Translations under genes and position numbers: made by a program
NCBI GenBank assembly: GCA_965222605.1
Contig: OZ244960.1
Location: 4,960,001-5,024,000 of the forward strand
DNA from: Candidatus Latescibacterota bacterium
Lineage (GTDB): Bacteria > Latescibacterota > UBA2968
Direction: 5' to 3'
DNA: 64,000 nt
Shown: piece after piece, positions 19,604 through 29,263 of the stretch
Layout of the letters: every line of letters begins with the position of its first letter
Position numbering within the stretch: position 1 is the first letter of the stretch
Notes under the pieces: generated by a model
The model's input: only the letters and a program-made list of their open reading frames with translations
Told to the model about the DNA's origin: nothing
Databases searched by the model: none

Positions 19604-20515
19604 TCATTGCCACCGGTCTTGTCCAATGTGTTGCCGGTGTGCGTTAATTTGCAAAACGATTTTGCCCTGCTTAAATACGCGAACCGTTCCGGTTGACTCA
19701 GAAATAGCAAGGGCGATGGCCCGGGTGGTTTTGGTAATCGCCGCCGCCGCCACATGCCGCGCGCCCAACCCCTTGGGCAAAGTGAGACCGCGCACATTCG
19801 CTGAAATATAGCGCCCCCCAGATAGAATAACGCCATCTTCCCGAATGATAAATGCGCCATCCATCAGCGATACTTCTTTGACACCTTCGTGAACATCGGG
19901 ATTGCAGATATTTTTTTCTATGTCGGAATATCCGCGAAAAGGATCAAATGTCATGGATCGCGAATGATGCAAAACCCGTTTGGAATCGCCAATGACAAAT
20001 AAGGTGCCGACCGGTTCGCCTTCGCGACCTTCCTTACCAATATTGATGGCAAGATCGAGCGTGGTTTTGACAACTTTGAGTGGTAAATCGCCCGCTATGG
20101 CCGAAATTTCGACCGAATCGTAAACATCAAACCCAATACTGGTATCCATTACTGTTATCGCATCCACACCCCGCGAGGCCAGCATGCGGCTCAGGCATAC
20201 CAATCGCGCACCTCGGCGAATATACCCACTCTCCAGGCCCTTGATAACGCATTGTCGCAATTGTTCAAAGTGCGTGCCATGACTTCTGCGATAATCATAA
20301 GTCAAGCGCTGCACTCCCTTTTCTTCAACACCGCTCAAAAAGTTTTCCCCCCCCGTAACAATCAGGACCTGACAGGTGGCGTTCAGCTTGTGAACATCTG
20401 CATGGCTCACGCCGGAATTGGCCACGAGGAGGATCATATCGGCGCAGGTTTTCCTCGCCAAATTTTTGGCGGTACTCAGCAAGGACTGCGTGTGATTTTC
20501 GTGTGTTTTAGCCAT
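19604..20515 (-). CDS. Diadenylate cyclase (DisA_N domain; DacZ-like architecture)
   Basis: EGREGEPVGTLFVIGD, DGAFII, GLGARHVAAA, AISES. Has an N-terminal alpha/beta domain but no TM helices and no DisA HhH. Confidence 0.85.
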   Translation of the reverse strand: MAKTHENHTQSLLSTAKNLARKTCADMILLVANSGVSHADVHKLNATCQVLIVTGGENFLSGVEEKGVQRLTYDYRRSHGTHFEQLRQCVIKGLESGYIRRGARLVCLSRMLASRGVDAITVMDTSIGFDVYDSVEISAIAGDLPLKVVKTTLDLAINIGKEGREGEPVGTLFVIGDSKRVLHHSRSMTFDPFRGYSDIEKNICNPDVHEGVKEVSLMDGAFIIREDGVILSGGRYISANVRGLTLPKGLGARHVAAAAITKTTRAIALAISESTGTVRVFKQGKIVLQINAHRQHIGQDRWQ

Positions 20516-20574
20516 AAAACGCTTTTGTGAGAAGGTTATTCTGGCTTTGTGAATATGCCCAAAACTACCATTTA

Positions 20575-21198
20575 CTACCGCCGGGACGAGAAGCGCCGCC
20601 GCCGACCATAAGTCACATTTTCTCGTTCTTGAGATATGTTATGCGATGTTAGGGCCTCTCCCTGTTCCAAATTCAAAAATTCCCCGGGAATATGTTTGGT
20701 CAATATGGTTGGACCACAATCGTAGAAATGCACGCCAGCTTGATGGGCGCGGGTCGCTGAAATGCATATGACAGCCCCTCGGCGTCCGGGTCTGGCACTT
20801 AACCGCGCAGCGACATCGGCGTCAAACGACAAATGTACATAATCGCGGTCGTCTGGCGTCAAGCCCTCAGACAACAACCGCTCAACATCGGCAGAATCTA
20901 CTCCCTTATACAAAAATTCGGGCGGTTCTGATGGGTCGAGGCCCAGATCGATGGAAAAACTGTGTGCATAACGCGCTCGAATGCGATTTTCCACAATCTC
21001 GAAACGTTGCTTCTCTCCATCATAAACCACTTTTTCAATATCTTCAAGAGTAAATGTCGAATCTCGGTCTTGAAATGCACGCAAAACCGCGTCGAGATCG
21101 GCAAAACCATAGCGATCGACTTGTAGTCCAAACTCATCGGGCCTGTGCCGCAACATCAATGACAACAATTTGGAAATGTATACAATTCTCGGTGCCAT
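20575..21198 (-). CDS. kptA: RNA 2'-phosphotransferase (Tpt1/KptA), divergent
   Basis: SKLLSLMLRH.P..FGL, KQRFE, IRARYAHS, RDYVHLS. Confidence 0.85.
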   Translation of the reverse strand: MAPRIVYISKLLSLMLRHRPDEFGLQVDRYGFADLDAVLRAFQDRDSTFTLEDIEKVVYDGEKQRFEIVENRIRARYAHSFSIDLGLDPSEPPEFLYKGVDSADVERLLSEGLTPDDRDYVHLSFDADVAARLSARPGRRGAVICISATRAHQAGVHFYDCGPTILTKHIPGEFLNLEQGEALTSHNISQERENVTYGRRRRFSSRR

Positions 21199-21222
21199 GC
21201 GCTTTCTCCGTAATAATAACCT

Positions 21223-22596
21223 CTATGAAAACACCACATCTTGTGCGGCATCCACATCCTGAACGCCGATCAACGACAGGCCATCGGGAATGCGCGCCCC
21301 ACTCAAATTTGCTTTGGCGGCAACACATTGGGTGAAGCCCAATTTGCGCGCTTCGGCCATTCTGCGTTCAATTTGACCAACCGCACGCACTTCTCCGCCC
21401 AATCCTACTTCGCCAATCACAACCGTATCGCGGGACATCTGTCTGCTGCGAAAGCTCGACGCCATAGCCATAGCCACACCCAGATCGACAGCGGGTTCAT
21501 CAATGCGCAAGCCCCCTGCGACATTTAAAAAAATATCCTCAGCACCCAGTTGCAGGCCCGACCGCTTTTCGAGTACGGCGATTAAAATCGCCATCCGTCG
21601 CGCATCAAACCCCGTGGCCACGCGCTGCGGGTACCCAAAGTTGCTGCGACTGACCAATGCTTGCACTTCGACTAAAATGGGACGCGTGCCTTCAATTGTG
21701 CAAACAATGGCTGTGCCTTCTCTATCGGCTTCGCGTTCGGGCAAAAATACCTGTGAGGGATTATCCACCTCGATCATCCCCCGATCACACATTTCAAAAA
21801 TACCGATTTCATTTGTCGAGCCAAATCGGTTCTTCGCCGCCCGCAAAATGCGAAACGCACCGTGCTGCTCGCCCTCCAAATAAAGTACGGTATCGACGAT
21901 ATGTTCGAGCACACGCGGTCCTGCAACCGTGCCTTCTTTGGTGACATGTCCGATCAAGAAAATCGATGTGCCCGTGCGTTTGCCCAGTGCCACCAGTTTT
22001 GCAGAAGATTCTCTGACCTGTGCCACACTTCCGGGCGCGCTTTGTAGATCTGGACTAAAAATGGTCTGTACCGAATCGACCACAACCGCGACGGGCTGCA
22101 TCTCTTCGATATAGCCGCAAATCAGATCGAGATTGGATTCAGAAATCAAGTACAATTCATCGGATAGTGCGCCGATTCTTTGGGCTCGCATCCGCGTTTG
22201 GCGAGGGGACTCTTCTGCGGATACGTACAGTGTCTTCATACCCAAAAACGCGAGTTGTGCAACCCCTTGCAACAGCAATGTGGATTTGCCTATGCCGGGG
22301 TCGCCGCCGACAAGCGCGGCCATGCCGGGCACAATGCCGCCCCCTAATGTGCGGTCAAATTCGCCAATAGCTGTCTCAATGCGGTCTTCTCTGCCGCCCA
22401 CCACTTCCGTGATCGGTTGCGGCGGATTTGCTTTGACCCATTCGTCCGCGCGTCTGTTTTGTTTAGTCTCGGGTGATGTCTGTTCTTCGACACAGGTGTT
22501 CCATTCACCACAAGATGCACACCGTCCAAACCACCGTCCCGAATCAGCACCGCATTGTTGACATACATACCGCACGCGCACTTTGCCCATGGGCAT
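21223..22596 (-). CDS. radA: DNA repair protein RadA/Sms
   Basis: C4 zinc finger, GDPGIGKSTLLLQ, KNRFG, Lon-like C-terminus. Confidence 0.97.
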   Translation of the reverse strand: MPMGKVRVRYVCQQCGADSGRWFGRCASCGEWNTCVEEQTSPETKQNRRADEWVKANPPQPITEVVGGREDRIETAIGEFDRTLGGGIVPGMAALVGGDPGIGKSTLLLQGVAQLAFLGMKTLYVSAEESPRQTRMRAQRIGALSDELYLISESNLDLICGYIEEMQPVAVVVDSVQTIFSPDLQSAPGSVAQVRESSAKLVALGKRTGTSIFLIGHVTKEGTVAGPRVLEHIVDTVLYLEGEQHGAFRILRAAKNRFGSTNEIGIFEMCDRGMIEVDNPSQVFLPEREADREGTAIVCTIEGTRPILVEVQALVSRSNFGYPQRVATGFDARRMAILIAVLEKRSGLQLGAEDIFLNVAGGLRIDEPAVDLGVAMAMASSFRSRQMSRDTVVIGEVGLGGEVRAVGQIERRMAEARKLGFTQCVAAKANLSGARIPDGLSLIGVQDVDAAQDVVFS

Positions 22597-22601
22597 ATTC
22601 C

Positions 22602-23975
22602 TCAGGGAAATTCGCGATAGATTTCGGGTTCTTCAAAGCGAAGGCACTCAGGTACAAAGGTCAAAAAGACGTTGCCAATCGGCCCGTTGCGCTGCTTGCC
22701 CAAAATGATCTCGGCCACGCCTTCTTGTGTATTGCCCTCTTCATCTACAATGCCATACACCTCGGGACGAAAGAGAAACATCACCACATCCGCGTCCTGT
22801 TCAATTGAGCCACTTTCGCGCAAATCGGCCAATTGTGGTCGTTTATCCGTGCGACTTTCCACAGCCCGTGACAATTGCGCGCAGGCAACGAGTGGGATAT
22901 CGAGTTCTTTGGCGAGGGCTTTTAGAGACCGCGAAATAGAGGCAATTTCCTGTTCGCGGCTGGCATAATTTTCAGTTGTGGTCATCAGTTGCAGATAATC
23001 GACAATGATTAATCCAATATTGTATTCGGATTTTGCGCGGCGCGCTTTGGCACGCAGTTCCATTACAGAGATAGCAGGTGTGTCATCGATGTATATGGGG
23101 GCCTCCATCAGCTTTCCCGTCCAGTTGGCTAATCTATGATATTCATCGTCTGACAACTTGCCCGTTCGCACACGATGCGAATCCACACGCGCTTCCGCAC
23201 ACAAGAGTCGCTGTGCGAGTTGCCCTGTTGCCATTTCCAGCGAAAAATACAGCACGGGTGTACCGTCCTTCACAGCGGCATTGCGCGCCATGCACAATGT
23301 GAGAGCTGTTTTGCCCATCGATGGACGCGACGCGAGGATGATCATGTCCGAAGACTGCAAGCCCGCTGTGATCTCATCGAGATCCGTATAGCCCGTGGTC
23401 ACGCCCGTCAGCGCGCCGCCATGTTCACGCGCTCTATCAATGGCTTCATAAACCTCGGTAAGTGCAGATACAAGGGGCATGACACCTTTGCCCAATTCGC
23501 CTTCGGCTATTTGAAAGACCCGTTGTTCGGCGCGGTCGATGAGTTCGCGCACATCCTCGGTTTCTTCATAGCTTTCGGTAAGCGTTTGTGTCGCTGCGGC
23601 AATTAACCGCCGACGTTGCGCCTTTTCCAGTACAATCTGTGCGTGGTATTCGGCATTGGCTGCTGTCGCCATTTCACTGGCTAACTCGGCAATTAAAACC
23701 GCGCCGCCGACATCATCGAGTTGCCCGCGCCGCACGAGTTCCTCTGTGAGCGTCACCTGATCGACAGGATCGCCGCGCTCAGACAATTTTTGAATTGCCG
23801 CATAAACTTTTCGATGTGGGGTATGGTAAAAAGCCGTTTCGTCCCCCAATACTTCGACCACGCGATTGATTGCCATATTGTCAATCAACATTGCGCCCAA
23901 CACAGCGCGTTCGACTTCGAGTGCCTGGGGCAGTGCGCGTTCAGCTGTATTCAATGTCGGATTTTGGGCGGCCAT
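22602..23975 (-). CDS. dnaB: Replicative DNA helicase
   Basis: ASRPSMGKT, FSLEM, VDYLQL, QLSR, LRESGSIEQDAD, KQRNGP. No intein. Confidence 0.98.
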   Translation of the reverse strand: MAAQNPTLNTAERALPQALEVERAVLGAMLIDNMAINRVVEVLGDETAFYHTPHRKVYAAIQKLSERGDPVDQVTLTEELVRRGQLDDVGGAVLIAELASEMATAANAEYHAQIVLEKAQRRRLIAAATQTLTESYEETEDVRELIDRAEQRVFQIAEGELGKGVMPLVSALTEVYEAIDRAREHGGALTGVTTGYTDLDEITAGLQSSDMIILASRPSMGKTALTLCMARNAAVKDGTPVLYFSLEMATGQLAQRLLCAEARVDSHRVRTGKLSDDEYHRLANWTGKLMEAPIYIDDTPAISVMELRAKARRAKSEYNIGLIIVDYLQLMTTTENYASREQEIASISRSLKALAKELDIPLVACAQLSRAVESRTDKRPQLADLRESGSIEQDADVVMFLFRPEVYGIVDEEGNTQEGVAEIILGKQRNGPIGNVFLTFVPECLRFEEPEIYREFP

Positions 23976-24646
23976 TAAATTTCAGTTCCATCGTAAAGTT
24001 TGCGAACCAGTTTCAAATCTTCCCACGCAGGGCGCTTCCAATGTGCATTTCTCAACAGGGCAGCGGGGTGATATGTGGGGACCAGTTTTGCGCCCTGGTA
24101 TTCAAAAATTTCCCCCCGCAAACGCCCTATTGACTCGGTGGTCTGCAACAGGGTTTGCGCGGCAAAACGGCCAAGGGTGCAGATTACAACGGGTGCAATC
24201 TGTTCAATTTGTTGTAGCAGATAAGGCTGGCAGGCGGCAATCTCATCGGGTTTGGGGTCCCGATTATTGGGCGGCCTGCATTTGATGATATTGGCGATAT
24301 AGACGTCTTCGCGCGTCAAACCCATGGCTTCGATCATTCGCGTCAACAATTGTCCGGCAGCTCCCACAAAAGGTAGCCCCTGCCGATCTTCTTCTGCGCC
24401 GGGTGCTTCGCCGATAAATACGAGATCTGCATCAGTGCGACCGCTTCCAAATACGACTGAGGTGCGCGTTCGCGCCAATCCGCATTTTTGACAGTTACAA
24501 GCTTCTTGACTCAAAATAGTCAGGGGATCAGCGTCCGATTCTCGATCATCCATCCGCGCAATTGAGGCGGGCGCATAAGCGATTTCCCGTGCTAAAAAAT
24601 CGCGTGCAAGCGCGAGAGTTTCCAACAGATCGGGGGATTCATTCAT
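23975..24646 (-). CDS. Uracil-DNA glycosylase family 4
   Basis: [31 protein letters not shown]. Confidence 0.93.
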   Translation of the reverse strand: MNESPDLLETLALARDFLAREIAYAPASIARMDDRESDADPLTILSQEACNCQKCGLARTRTSVVFGSGRTDADLVFIGEAPGAEEDRQGLPFVGAAGQLLTRMIEAMGLTREDVYIANIIKCRPPNNRDPKPDEIAACQPYLLQQIEQIAPVVICTLGRFAAQTLLQTTESIGRLRGEIFEYQGAKLVPTYHPAALLRNAHWKRPAWEDLKLVRKLYDGTEI

Positions 24647-25844
24647 GCGCGTTCTCCCAACGCGACACCAGCCAATCCAAAATGCGGTCTGCCACATCGC
24701 GTTTGGACATCAATGGCAATGCGACAGGTTCTCGATGGGGTTCGATAAAAGTCACGACATTGGTATCGACAGCAAACCCCGCTCCTTCCACATTTAATTC
24801 GTTCAAAACAATCAGATCGAGGTTTTTCTCGTTGAGCTTTTTGCGGGCATTTTCCAGCGCGTGATCTGTTTCCATTGCAAATCCGATCACGATCCGCTCT
24901 CCCTTGTTTTGTCCCAGGGGAATTAAAAAATCTTCATTGAGCATAAGATGAAGGGACAGATTACCATCGCGTTTTTTGATTTTTAATTTGGACACATGTT
25001 TGGGGCGAAAATCGAGTACCGCTGCGGTCATAATTAGCGCGTCGGCCTTCTGATATGCGCGGATGGTCGCTGCTTTTAAGTCGGGAACTGTGCGGATATA
25101 TTCGACCTGTACACCGGCGGGTGCGGGGAGTTCTGTCGGTCCGCTAATCAACGCGACCTCGGCACCTCGGCAACGCGCTTGTTCGGCAATAGCATAGCCC
25201 ATTTTGCCCGTTGAGCGATTGGTGATAAAGCGCACGGGATCAATGGGTTGTTCTGTCCTGCCCGCTGTCACCACAATGCGTTTCCCAGCAAGCGATTGCG
25301 TTGCGCCCATCATTCTGCTGGCTTCATCCACAATCTCATGGGGTTCGGCCATGCGCCCCATTCCCTCGGCACCCGAGGCGAGCAGTCCCGCTCCCGGACC
25401 AACCATCCGATAACCATTTTTTTTAAGAAATCCCACATTTTGCTGAACAGCACCGTGTTCCCACATTTGGGTTTCCATTGCCGGGGCGAGTAGAACAGGT
25501 GCTTCTGCAGCCAACAATGCACAGGTCAACAGGTCGTCGGCCAACCCATGGGCCAATTTGCCTATGCAATTTGCAGTTGCTGGCGCGACAATGATCAGAT
25601 CGGTCCACTTGCCCAAATGCACGTGGATAACATCGGGGTCGCCGTCAGCAGGAAATAAATCTGTATAGACGCGATGGTGTGAGAGAGCTTCAAAAGTGAG
25701 GGGCTGCACAAACTTTTGTGCAGCCGGTGTCATGACCACCCGAACCTCTGCGCCTGCATTCTGAAGAAGACGCAATAAGAATACGCTTTTATAGGCGGCA
25801 ATTCCACCGCTAACGCCCAGAAGAATCCTCTTTCCCGCCAGCAT
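24639..25844 (-). CDS. coaBC: Bifunctional phosphopantothenoylcysteine decarboxylase/synthetase
   Basis: [40 protein letters not shown]. Confidence 0.97.
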   Translation of the reverse strand: MLAGKRILLGVSGGIAAYKSVFLLRLLQNAGAEVRVVMTPAAQKFVQPLTFEALSHHRVYTDLFPADGDPDVIHVHLGKWTDLIIVAPATANCIGKLAHGLADDLLTCALLAAEAPVLLAPAMETQMWEHGAVQQNVGFLKKNGYRMVGPGAGLLASGAEGMGRMAEPHEIVDEASRMMGATQSLAGKRIVVTAGRTEQPIDPVRFITNRSTGKMGYAIAEQARCRGAEVALISGPTELPAPAGVQVEYIRTVPDLKAATIRAYQKADALIMTAAVLDFRPKHVSKLKIKKRDGNLSLHLMLNEDFLIPLGQNKGERIVIGFAMETDHALENARKKLNEKNLDLIVLNELNVEGAGFAVDTNVVTFIEPHREPVALPLMSKRDVADRILDWLVSRWENAHE

Positions 25845-26037
25845 AGGTCACCTGAATTTTCTTTTTTACAATTCGGTCCAGTGCAATGGTTGTTATTTTT
25901 TCTTCGCCTTCGGGCACTCCCGCAACCAGCCGGACTTTATTCAGCCTGCGCGCTTCTTTTGATGCCAACAACACGGCCTGATAGGAATTCATATCCTCTT
26001 CAACTGTTAATTCCTCAGTAAAAAATACGTTTGACAT
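25810..26037 (-). CDS. rpoZ: RNA polymerase omega subunit
   Basis: YQAVLLASKEARRLN and KITTIAL motifs, in the conserved gmk-rpoZ-coaBC order. AAGGAG RBS. Confidence 0.85.
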   Translation of the reverse strand: MSNVFFTEELTVEEDMNSYQAVLLASKEARRLNKVRLVAGVPEGEEKITTIALDRIVKKKIQVTYAGGKEDSSGR

Positions 26038-26116
26038 AACGCACTCCTTGATAAGAGATGGGGCTTTCGCACCGCAATAACGGGCTGGAGATAGGTCGGG
26101 AGCATAGCTGGACTTT

Positions 26117-26770
26117 TTAGAGGTTCAATCCACTCAAACACATCCGCCGTGTGCGCCGTCGCTCTGCGCGAATAATAGCGAGCAAATCGGCGATGGCCTT
26201 TTCCAATTTGTCATTTACCACAACGTAGTCGCTGTTTTTTGCCCAAACGAGTTCAGAAACGGCATTTTTCATACGCAAGCGAAAGGCCGACGCGCTTTCA
26301 GACTGCCGTGCATTGAGTCGCTCTGCAAGCACATCGAGAGAAGGCGGCATGACAAATACGGTCACGCAGCGGTCTCCCAAGACCTCATTCCACGCGGCCA
26401 CGCCTTGTACATCCACGTCCATCAACATCACCTGTCCACCACTCATGGCTTTTGCAACCGCGTCGAATGTTGCACCGTAAAGATGTCCGTGTACTTCGGC
26501 AGACTCGACAAAATCGCTCCGCTTTTGCATGGCCTCAAATTGTGCAACTGTCACAAAATGACGGGCAAGACCCTCTACTTCGTCATCGCGTGGTGGTCGC
26601 GTCGTTGTCGTCACACACCGCCGCACGCCGGAATCTGCACGCAAAACCCCCTGGCACATCGACGTTTTTCCCACTCCCGATGGCCCGGCGACGATCACGG
26701 CAAATGCGTCGGGACTATCGCTCAACTTTTGTCTTATCTGTCCAACATCAGTTTCTTCTGATTTAATCAT
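26117..26770 (-). CDS. gmk: Guanylate kinase
   Basis: GPSGVGKT, TTRPPR, EVHGHLYG, DVDVQG, PPS. Confidence 0.95.
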   Translation of the reverse strand: MIKSEETDVGQIRQKLSDSPDAFAVIVAGPSGVGKTSMCQGVLRADSGVRRCVTTTTRPPRDDEVEGLARHFVTVAQFEAMQKRSDFVESAEVHGHLYGATFDAVAKAMSGGQVMLMDVDVQGVAAWNEVLGDRCVTVFVMPPSLDVLAERLNARQSESASAFRLRMKNAVSELVWAKNSDYVVVNDKLEKAIADLLAIIRAERRRTRRMCLSGLNL

Positions 26771-26779
26771 CCGAGATTT

Positions 26780-27652
26780 TTACTCGATGTTTTGAACCTG
26801 TTCTTTGAGTTTTTCAAGTTCTTCTTTGATATCCACGACCACATGGGCTATCGTCGCGTCACCTGCTTTGGATCCTATGGTATTGGCTTCTCTGAGCATT
26901 TCTTGCAGCAAAAAATTGAGACGACGGCCAACGGCTTCTTTGCGATCGAGCATCCCGAGAAACTGCGCGTTGTGACTGTGAAAACGCACGCATTCTTCTG
27001 TTATGTCGCTGCGGTCAGCTAAGAGAGCAATTTCCATCAACAACCTGCTCTCATCAATTTGTTCAGGTGTTAATAATTGCGCCAATTTTTCCTCTAACCG
27101 CGTCCGAACAGTTTCTACACGCTCGGGTGCGAGTGTTTCGACGCGCTGGAGAAATTCGTCGAGCAGTGTAATGCGCGTGCGGAGATCACAGGCGAGTTTT
27201 TCACCTTCTGCCAGGCACATGGCCCGACAGGCGTCAATGGCCTGACTGAGTGCAGCAGATACCACTTTCCAGAGGGCGCCAGAATCGAGTTCGGGAATTT
27301 CAAATGCGAATATTTGAGGCAATTGGGCAATTTGCATCAAATCGATATCGCCCGATATATCCGCGCGAATTTCTTTAATTCCTTTGAGATACGCGGATAG
27401 AACTTCGGGCTTGAGAACGGGAAGTCCCTGCTCTGATGCAGTACCCTGCAAGGTGATACTCACATCGAGTCGCCCTCTTGTAAAGACCGACAAAACCCGT
27501 TCTTTGATACGAGGCTCAAGCTCAGACAAAGAACGGGGCATGCGTACCATCACATCGCCATAGCGTCCATTGACCGACCGAATTTCAACAATAACACGCC
27601 CCACTTCCCCTTCTGCAACGCCCTTTCCAAAACCGGTCATGCTGGCGATCAT
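26780..27652 (-). CDS. yicC: YicC/YloC family endoribonuclease
   Basis: SMTGFG, EIRSVN, DITEE, GRRLNFLLQEMLREANTIGSK, EQVQNIE. Confidence 0.95.
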   Translation of the reverse strand: MIASMTGFGKGVAEGEVGRVIVEIRSVNGRYGDVMVRMPRSLSELEPRIKERVLSVFTRGRLDVSITLQGTASEQGLPVLKPEVLSAYLKGIKEIRADISGDIDLMQIAQLPQIFAFEIPELDSGALWKVVSAALSQAIDACRAMCLAEGEKLACDLRTRITLLDEFLQRVETLAPERVETVRTRLEEKLAQLLTPEQIDESRLLMEIALLADRSDITEECVRFHSHNAQFLGMLDRKEAVGRRLNFLLQEMLREANTIGSKAGDATIAHVVVDIKEELEKLKEQVQNIE

Positions 27653-27717
27653 ACCCGCTCCCACCTTCTGGCAAATGCAGAAAAAAATGTCTTAAACAAT
27701 AGATTAGAAAGCTAAAA

Positions 27718-27746
27718 AAGATACTCAATTTATACATCGTTGTCAA
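27718..27746 (-). promoter_or_regulatory. sigma70-type promoter of the yicC-gmk-rpoZ operon
   Basis: TTGACA-N17-TATCTT on the - strand. Confidence 0.65.
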
Positions 27747-27950
27747 TCAAACTGGGTGACTACTCCCAACGATAGAGCAGTTGGGCTTCTTGGCGTTTAG
27801 GTCGCCTGACGTTGTAGCCCCAACGTCAAAATGTTTATGGCAGCATTGAGGTCTCTGTCTGCGGTATAGCCACACGCCTTGCAATTGTGTACACGCTGAG
27901 AGAGTGCTTTTTTCTCTCTATGTCCGCATGCCGAGCAATCTTGTGAGGTG
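27736..27950 (-). ncRNA. Predicted TnpB omega/reRNA (5' boundary approximate); guide CCAGTTTGATTGACAACGAT
   Basis: By established TnpB biology the RNA overlaps the tnpB 3' end and the right end, and the guide is the flank immediately after TCAC (27755 to about 27736). Confidence 0.6.
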
Positions 27951-28921
27951 TATTCAGGATTGACGGCCTTGAATCCAATACCAGCCTCTTCCGCTTTGTA
28001 TTCGAGACAGTGCCGAAACAGTGACCATGCTACGTCTGCTATTGATTTAGACAATCGCCTGTTCTTTTGCATCTTTTTAACTTTCAATTTCTCGACGGCT
28101 ATGAAGCTGTGACGAGTGACCATTTTTCTTGATTCTTGATGGGCAAAGTTATGTCGCTTATTACGGATACGCTCATGCACTCTGGCAATGACTTTACGAC
28201 GCTTTTCTCTTACGGCGTCGGTCTTGGGTCTTTTTTTCACCGCGTCCCATTTGCGCTGTGCTTTGGCAAGTGATTTTTGCTCTTTTCTAAAGAATCGCTG
28301 GTTGGCTATCTTCTGTCCGTCACTGGTTACAGCAAAGGAATTGAGACCCACGTCAATGCCAACGGCAGAGCCAGCGTCTGCTTTCTTACTTATGCCGCCT
28401 ATATCGCAAGAGATAGTAGCGAACCACTTGCCCGTCGCCGTGCGCGTGACGGTGCAAGACTTAGGAACGCCGTCAAGTGGCCTGTGCTGGACAATGCGAA
28501 TACAGCCTATTTTACTCAATCGCAAGCCCTTATCGTCCAATCGGCATCCATTGGAAAACTGAGGATAGGTGATAGAATCATAGCGATTCTGACCCTTGTA
28601 TCTGGGAAAGCCAGCTTTCTCGCCCGTCTTTGCCCGCTCTTTGAGACGACGAAAGAATGCTTTGAATGCCAGATCAACTCTTGTTGATACTTGTTGCAAT
28701 ACCTGACTATATACTTGCTTGAATGCAAGACGCTGTTGCTTCATCAATGGTATTGTTTTTGTCTGGTCATGACGAGACAGAGACTTATTTTCACTTTCCC
28801 ATGCTTGGACTCTCGCACAGACAAGCTGGTTATATAGCAAGCGACATTCTTCAATATGTGCCAGCAAGACTTTCTCTTGCTTTTTCGTTGGGCGCAGTCT
28901 GTATTTGTAGGACTTAAGCAT
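27797..28921 (-). CDS. tnpB: RNA-guided endonuclease TnpB
   Basis: KSYKYRLRPT HTH, RuvC-I GIDVG, RuvC-II AVEKL, CSACG/CKACG zinc finger, RuvC-III DRDLNAAINI. The catalytic D-E-D triad is intact. Confidence 0.96.
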   Translation of the reverse strand: MLKSYKYRLRPTKKQEKVLLAHIEECRLLYNQLVCARVQAWESENKSLSRHDQTKTIPLMKQQRLAFKQVYSQVLQQVSTRVDLAFKAFFRRLKERAKTGEKAGFPRYKGQNRYDSITYPQFSNGCRLDDKGLRLSKIGCIRIVQHRPLDGVPKSCTVTRTATGKWFATISCDIGGISKKADAGSAVGIDVGLNSFAVTSDGQKIANQRFFRKEQKSLAKAQRKWDAVKKRPKTDAVREKRRKVIARVHERIRNKRHNFAHQESRKMVTRHSFIAVEKLKVKKMQKNRRLSKSIADVAWSLFRHCLEYKAEEAGIGFKAVNPEYTSQDCSACGHREKKALSQRVHNCKACGYTADRDLNAAINILTLGLQRQAT

Positions 28922-28927
28922 AATAAA

Positions 28928-28956
28928 AATATATACTTATGAGCGTATTTTGTCAA
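28928..28956 (-). promoter_or_regulatory. tnpB promoter, probably leaderless
   Basis: TTGACA-N17-TATATT-N6-ATG, with no Shine-Dalgarno. Confidence 0.7.
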
Positions 28957-28996
28957 GCTATTTTTCGTAGAGTTAACGGACGAATCACAATGATGA

Positions 28997-29076
28997 AGTG
29001 CTGGCGCAGTTGTACACCGCTCCACCGCCCATATCGCCTTGAGCGATATGCCCAATGCTAAAGCACCACACCATAA
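28997..29076 (+). pseudogene. Possible degenerate tnpA C-terminal remnant
   Basis: SAGAV... and, in a shifted frame, LERYAQC*STTP resemble the TnpA C-terminus (SAG..I.RYI..Q). Orientation is divergent from tnpB, as in IS605. Confidence 0.3.
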
Positions 29077-29081
29077 GCATG

Positions 29082-29099
29082 TCCCTGCGAAAGCAGGGA
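29082..29099 (+). repeat. REP-like GAAA-tetraloop hairpin
   Basis: TCCCTGC-GAAA-GCAGGGA, inside the IS left-end region. Confidence 0.5.
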
Positions 29100-29234
29100 A
29101 CCAGAAGCCCTTCGCCATGCGACCCACACCTGAAGGATGTGGGTTTTACGGGCTGTTTGATAAGACTACGGATTTAAGGTTGTCAATCGCATTTCCCCGC
29201 TGAGGTGATCCCGAGTTGTATTTCTACACTTTGA

Positions 29235-29263
29235 TTGACCTCAACGAGGTAAGACGGTATATT
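29235..29263 (+). promoter_or_regulatory. sigma70-type promoter of the lepA operon
   Basis: TTGACC-N17-TATATT. Confidence 0.65.

Larger units (their letters stand above)
27756..29159 (-). mobile_element. Non-autonomous IS200/IS605-family element (tnpB intact, tnpA decayed)
   Basis: Right end: GAAG-CCCAAC..GTTGGG-AGTAG-TCAC. Left end: TTAT target (29163-29160), then CAAACAGCCCGT-AAAA-CCCACATCCTTCAGGTGTGGG. The guide/cleavage pairs GAAG:TCAC and AAAA:TTAT follow the IS608 rule. Confidence 0.85.

Noticed and set aside
22602-23975. Intein in dnaB
   Set aside because: The length (457 aa) and contiguous motifs show no insertion.
27797-28921. TnpB as a nuclease-dead TldR or a Cas12
   Set aside because: All three RuvC acidic residues are present, the IS ends are intact, and there is no CRISPR array.
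29230-29239. TTTGATTGAC in the lepA promoter matches 10 nt of the TnpB guide, suggesting RNA-guided regulation of lepA
   Set aside because: The match lacks the TAM-proximal seed (CCAG) and a TTAT TAM, and is explained by shared -35 context.
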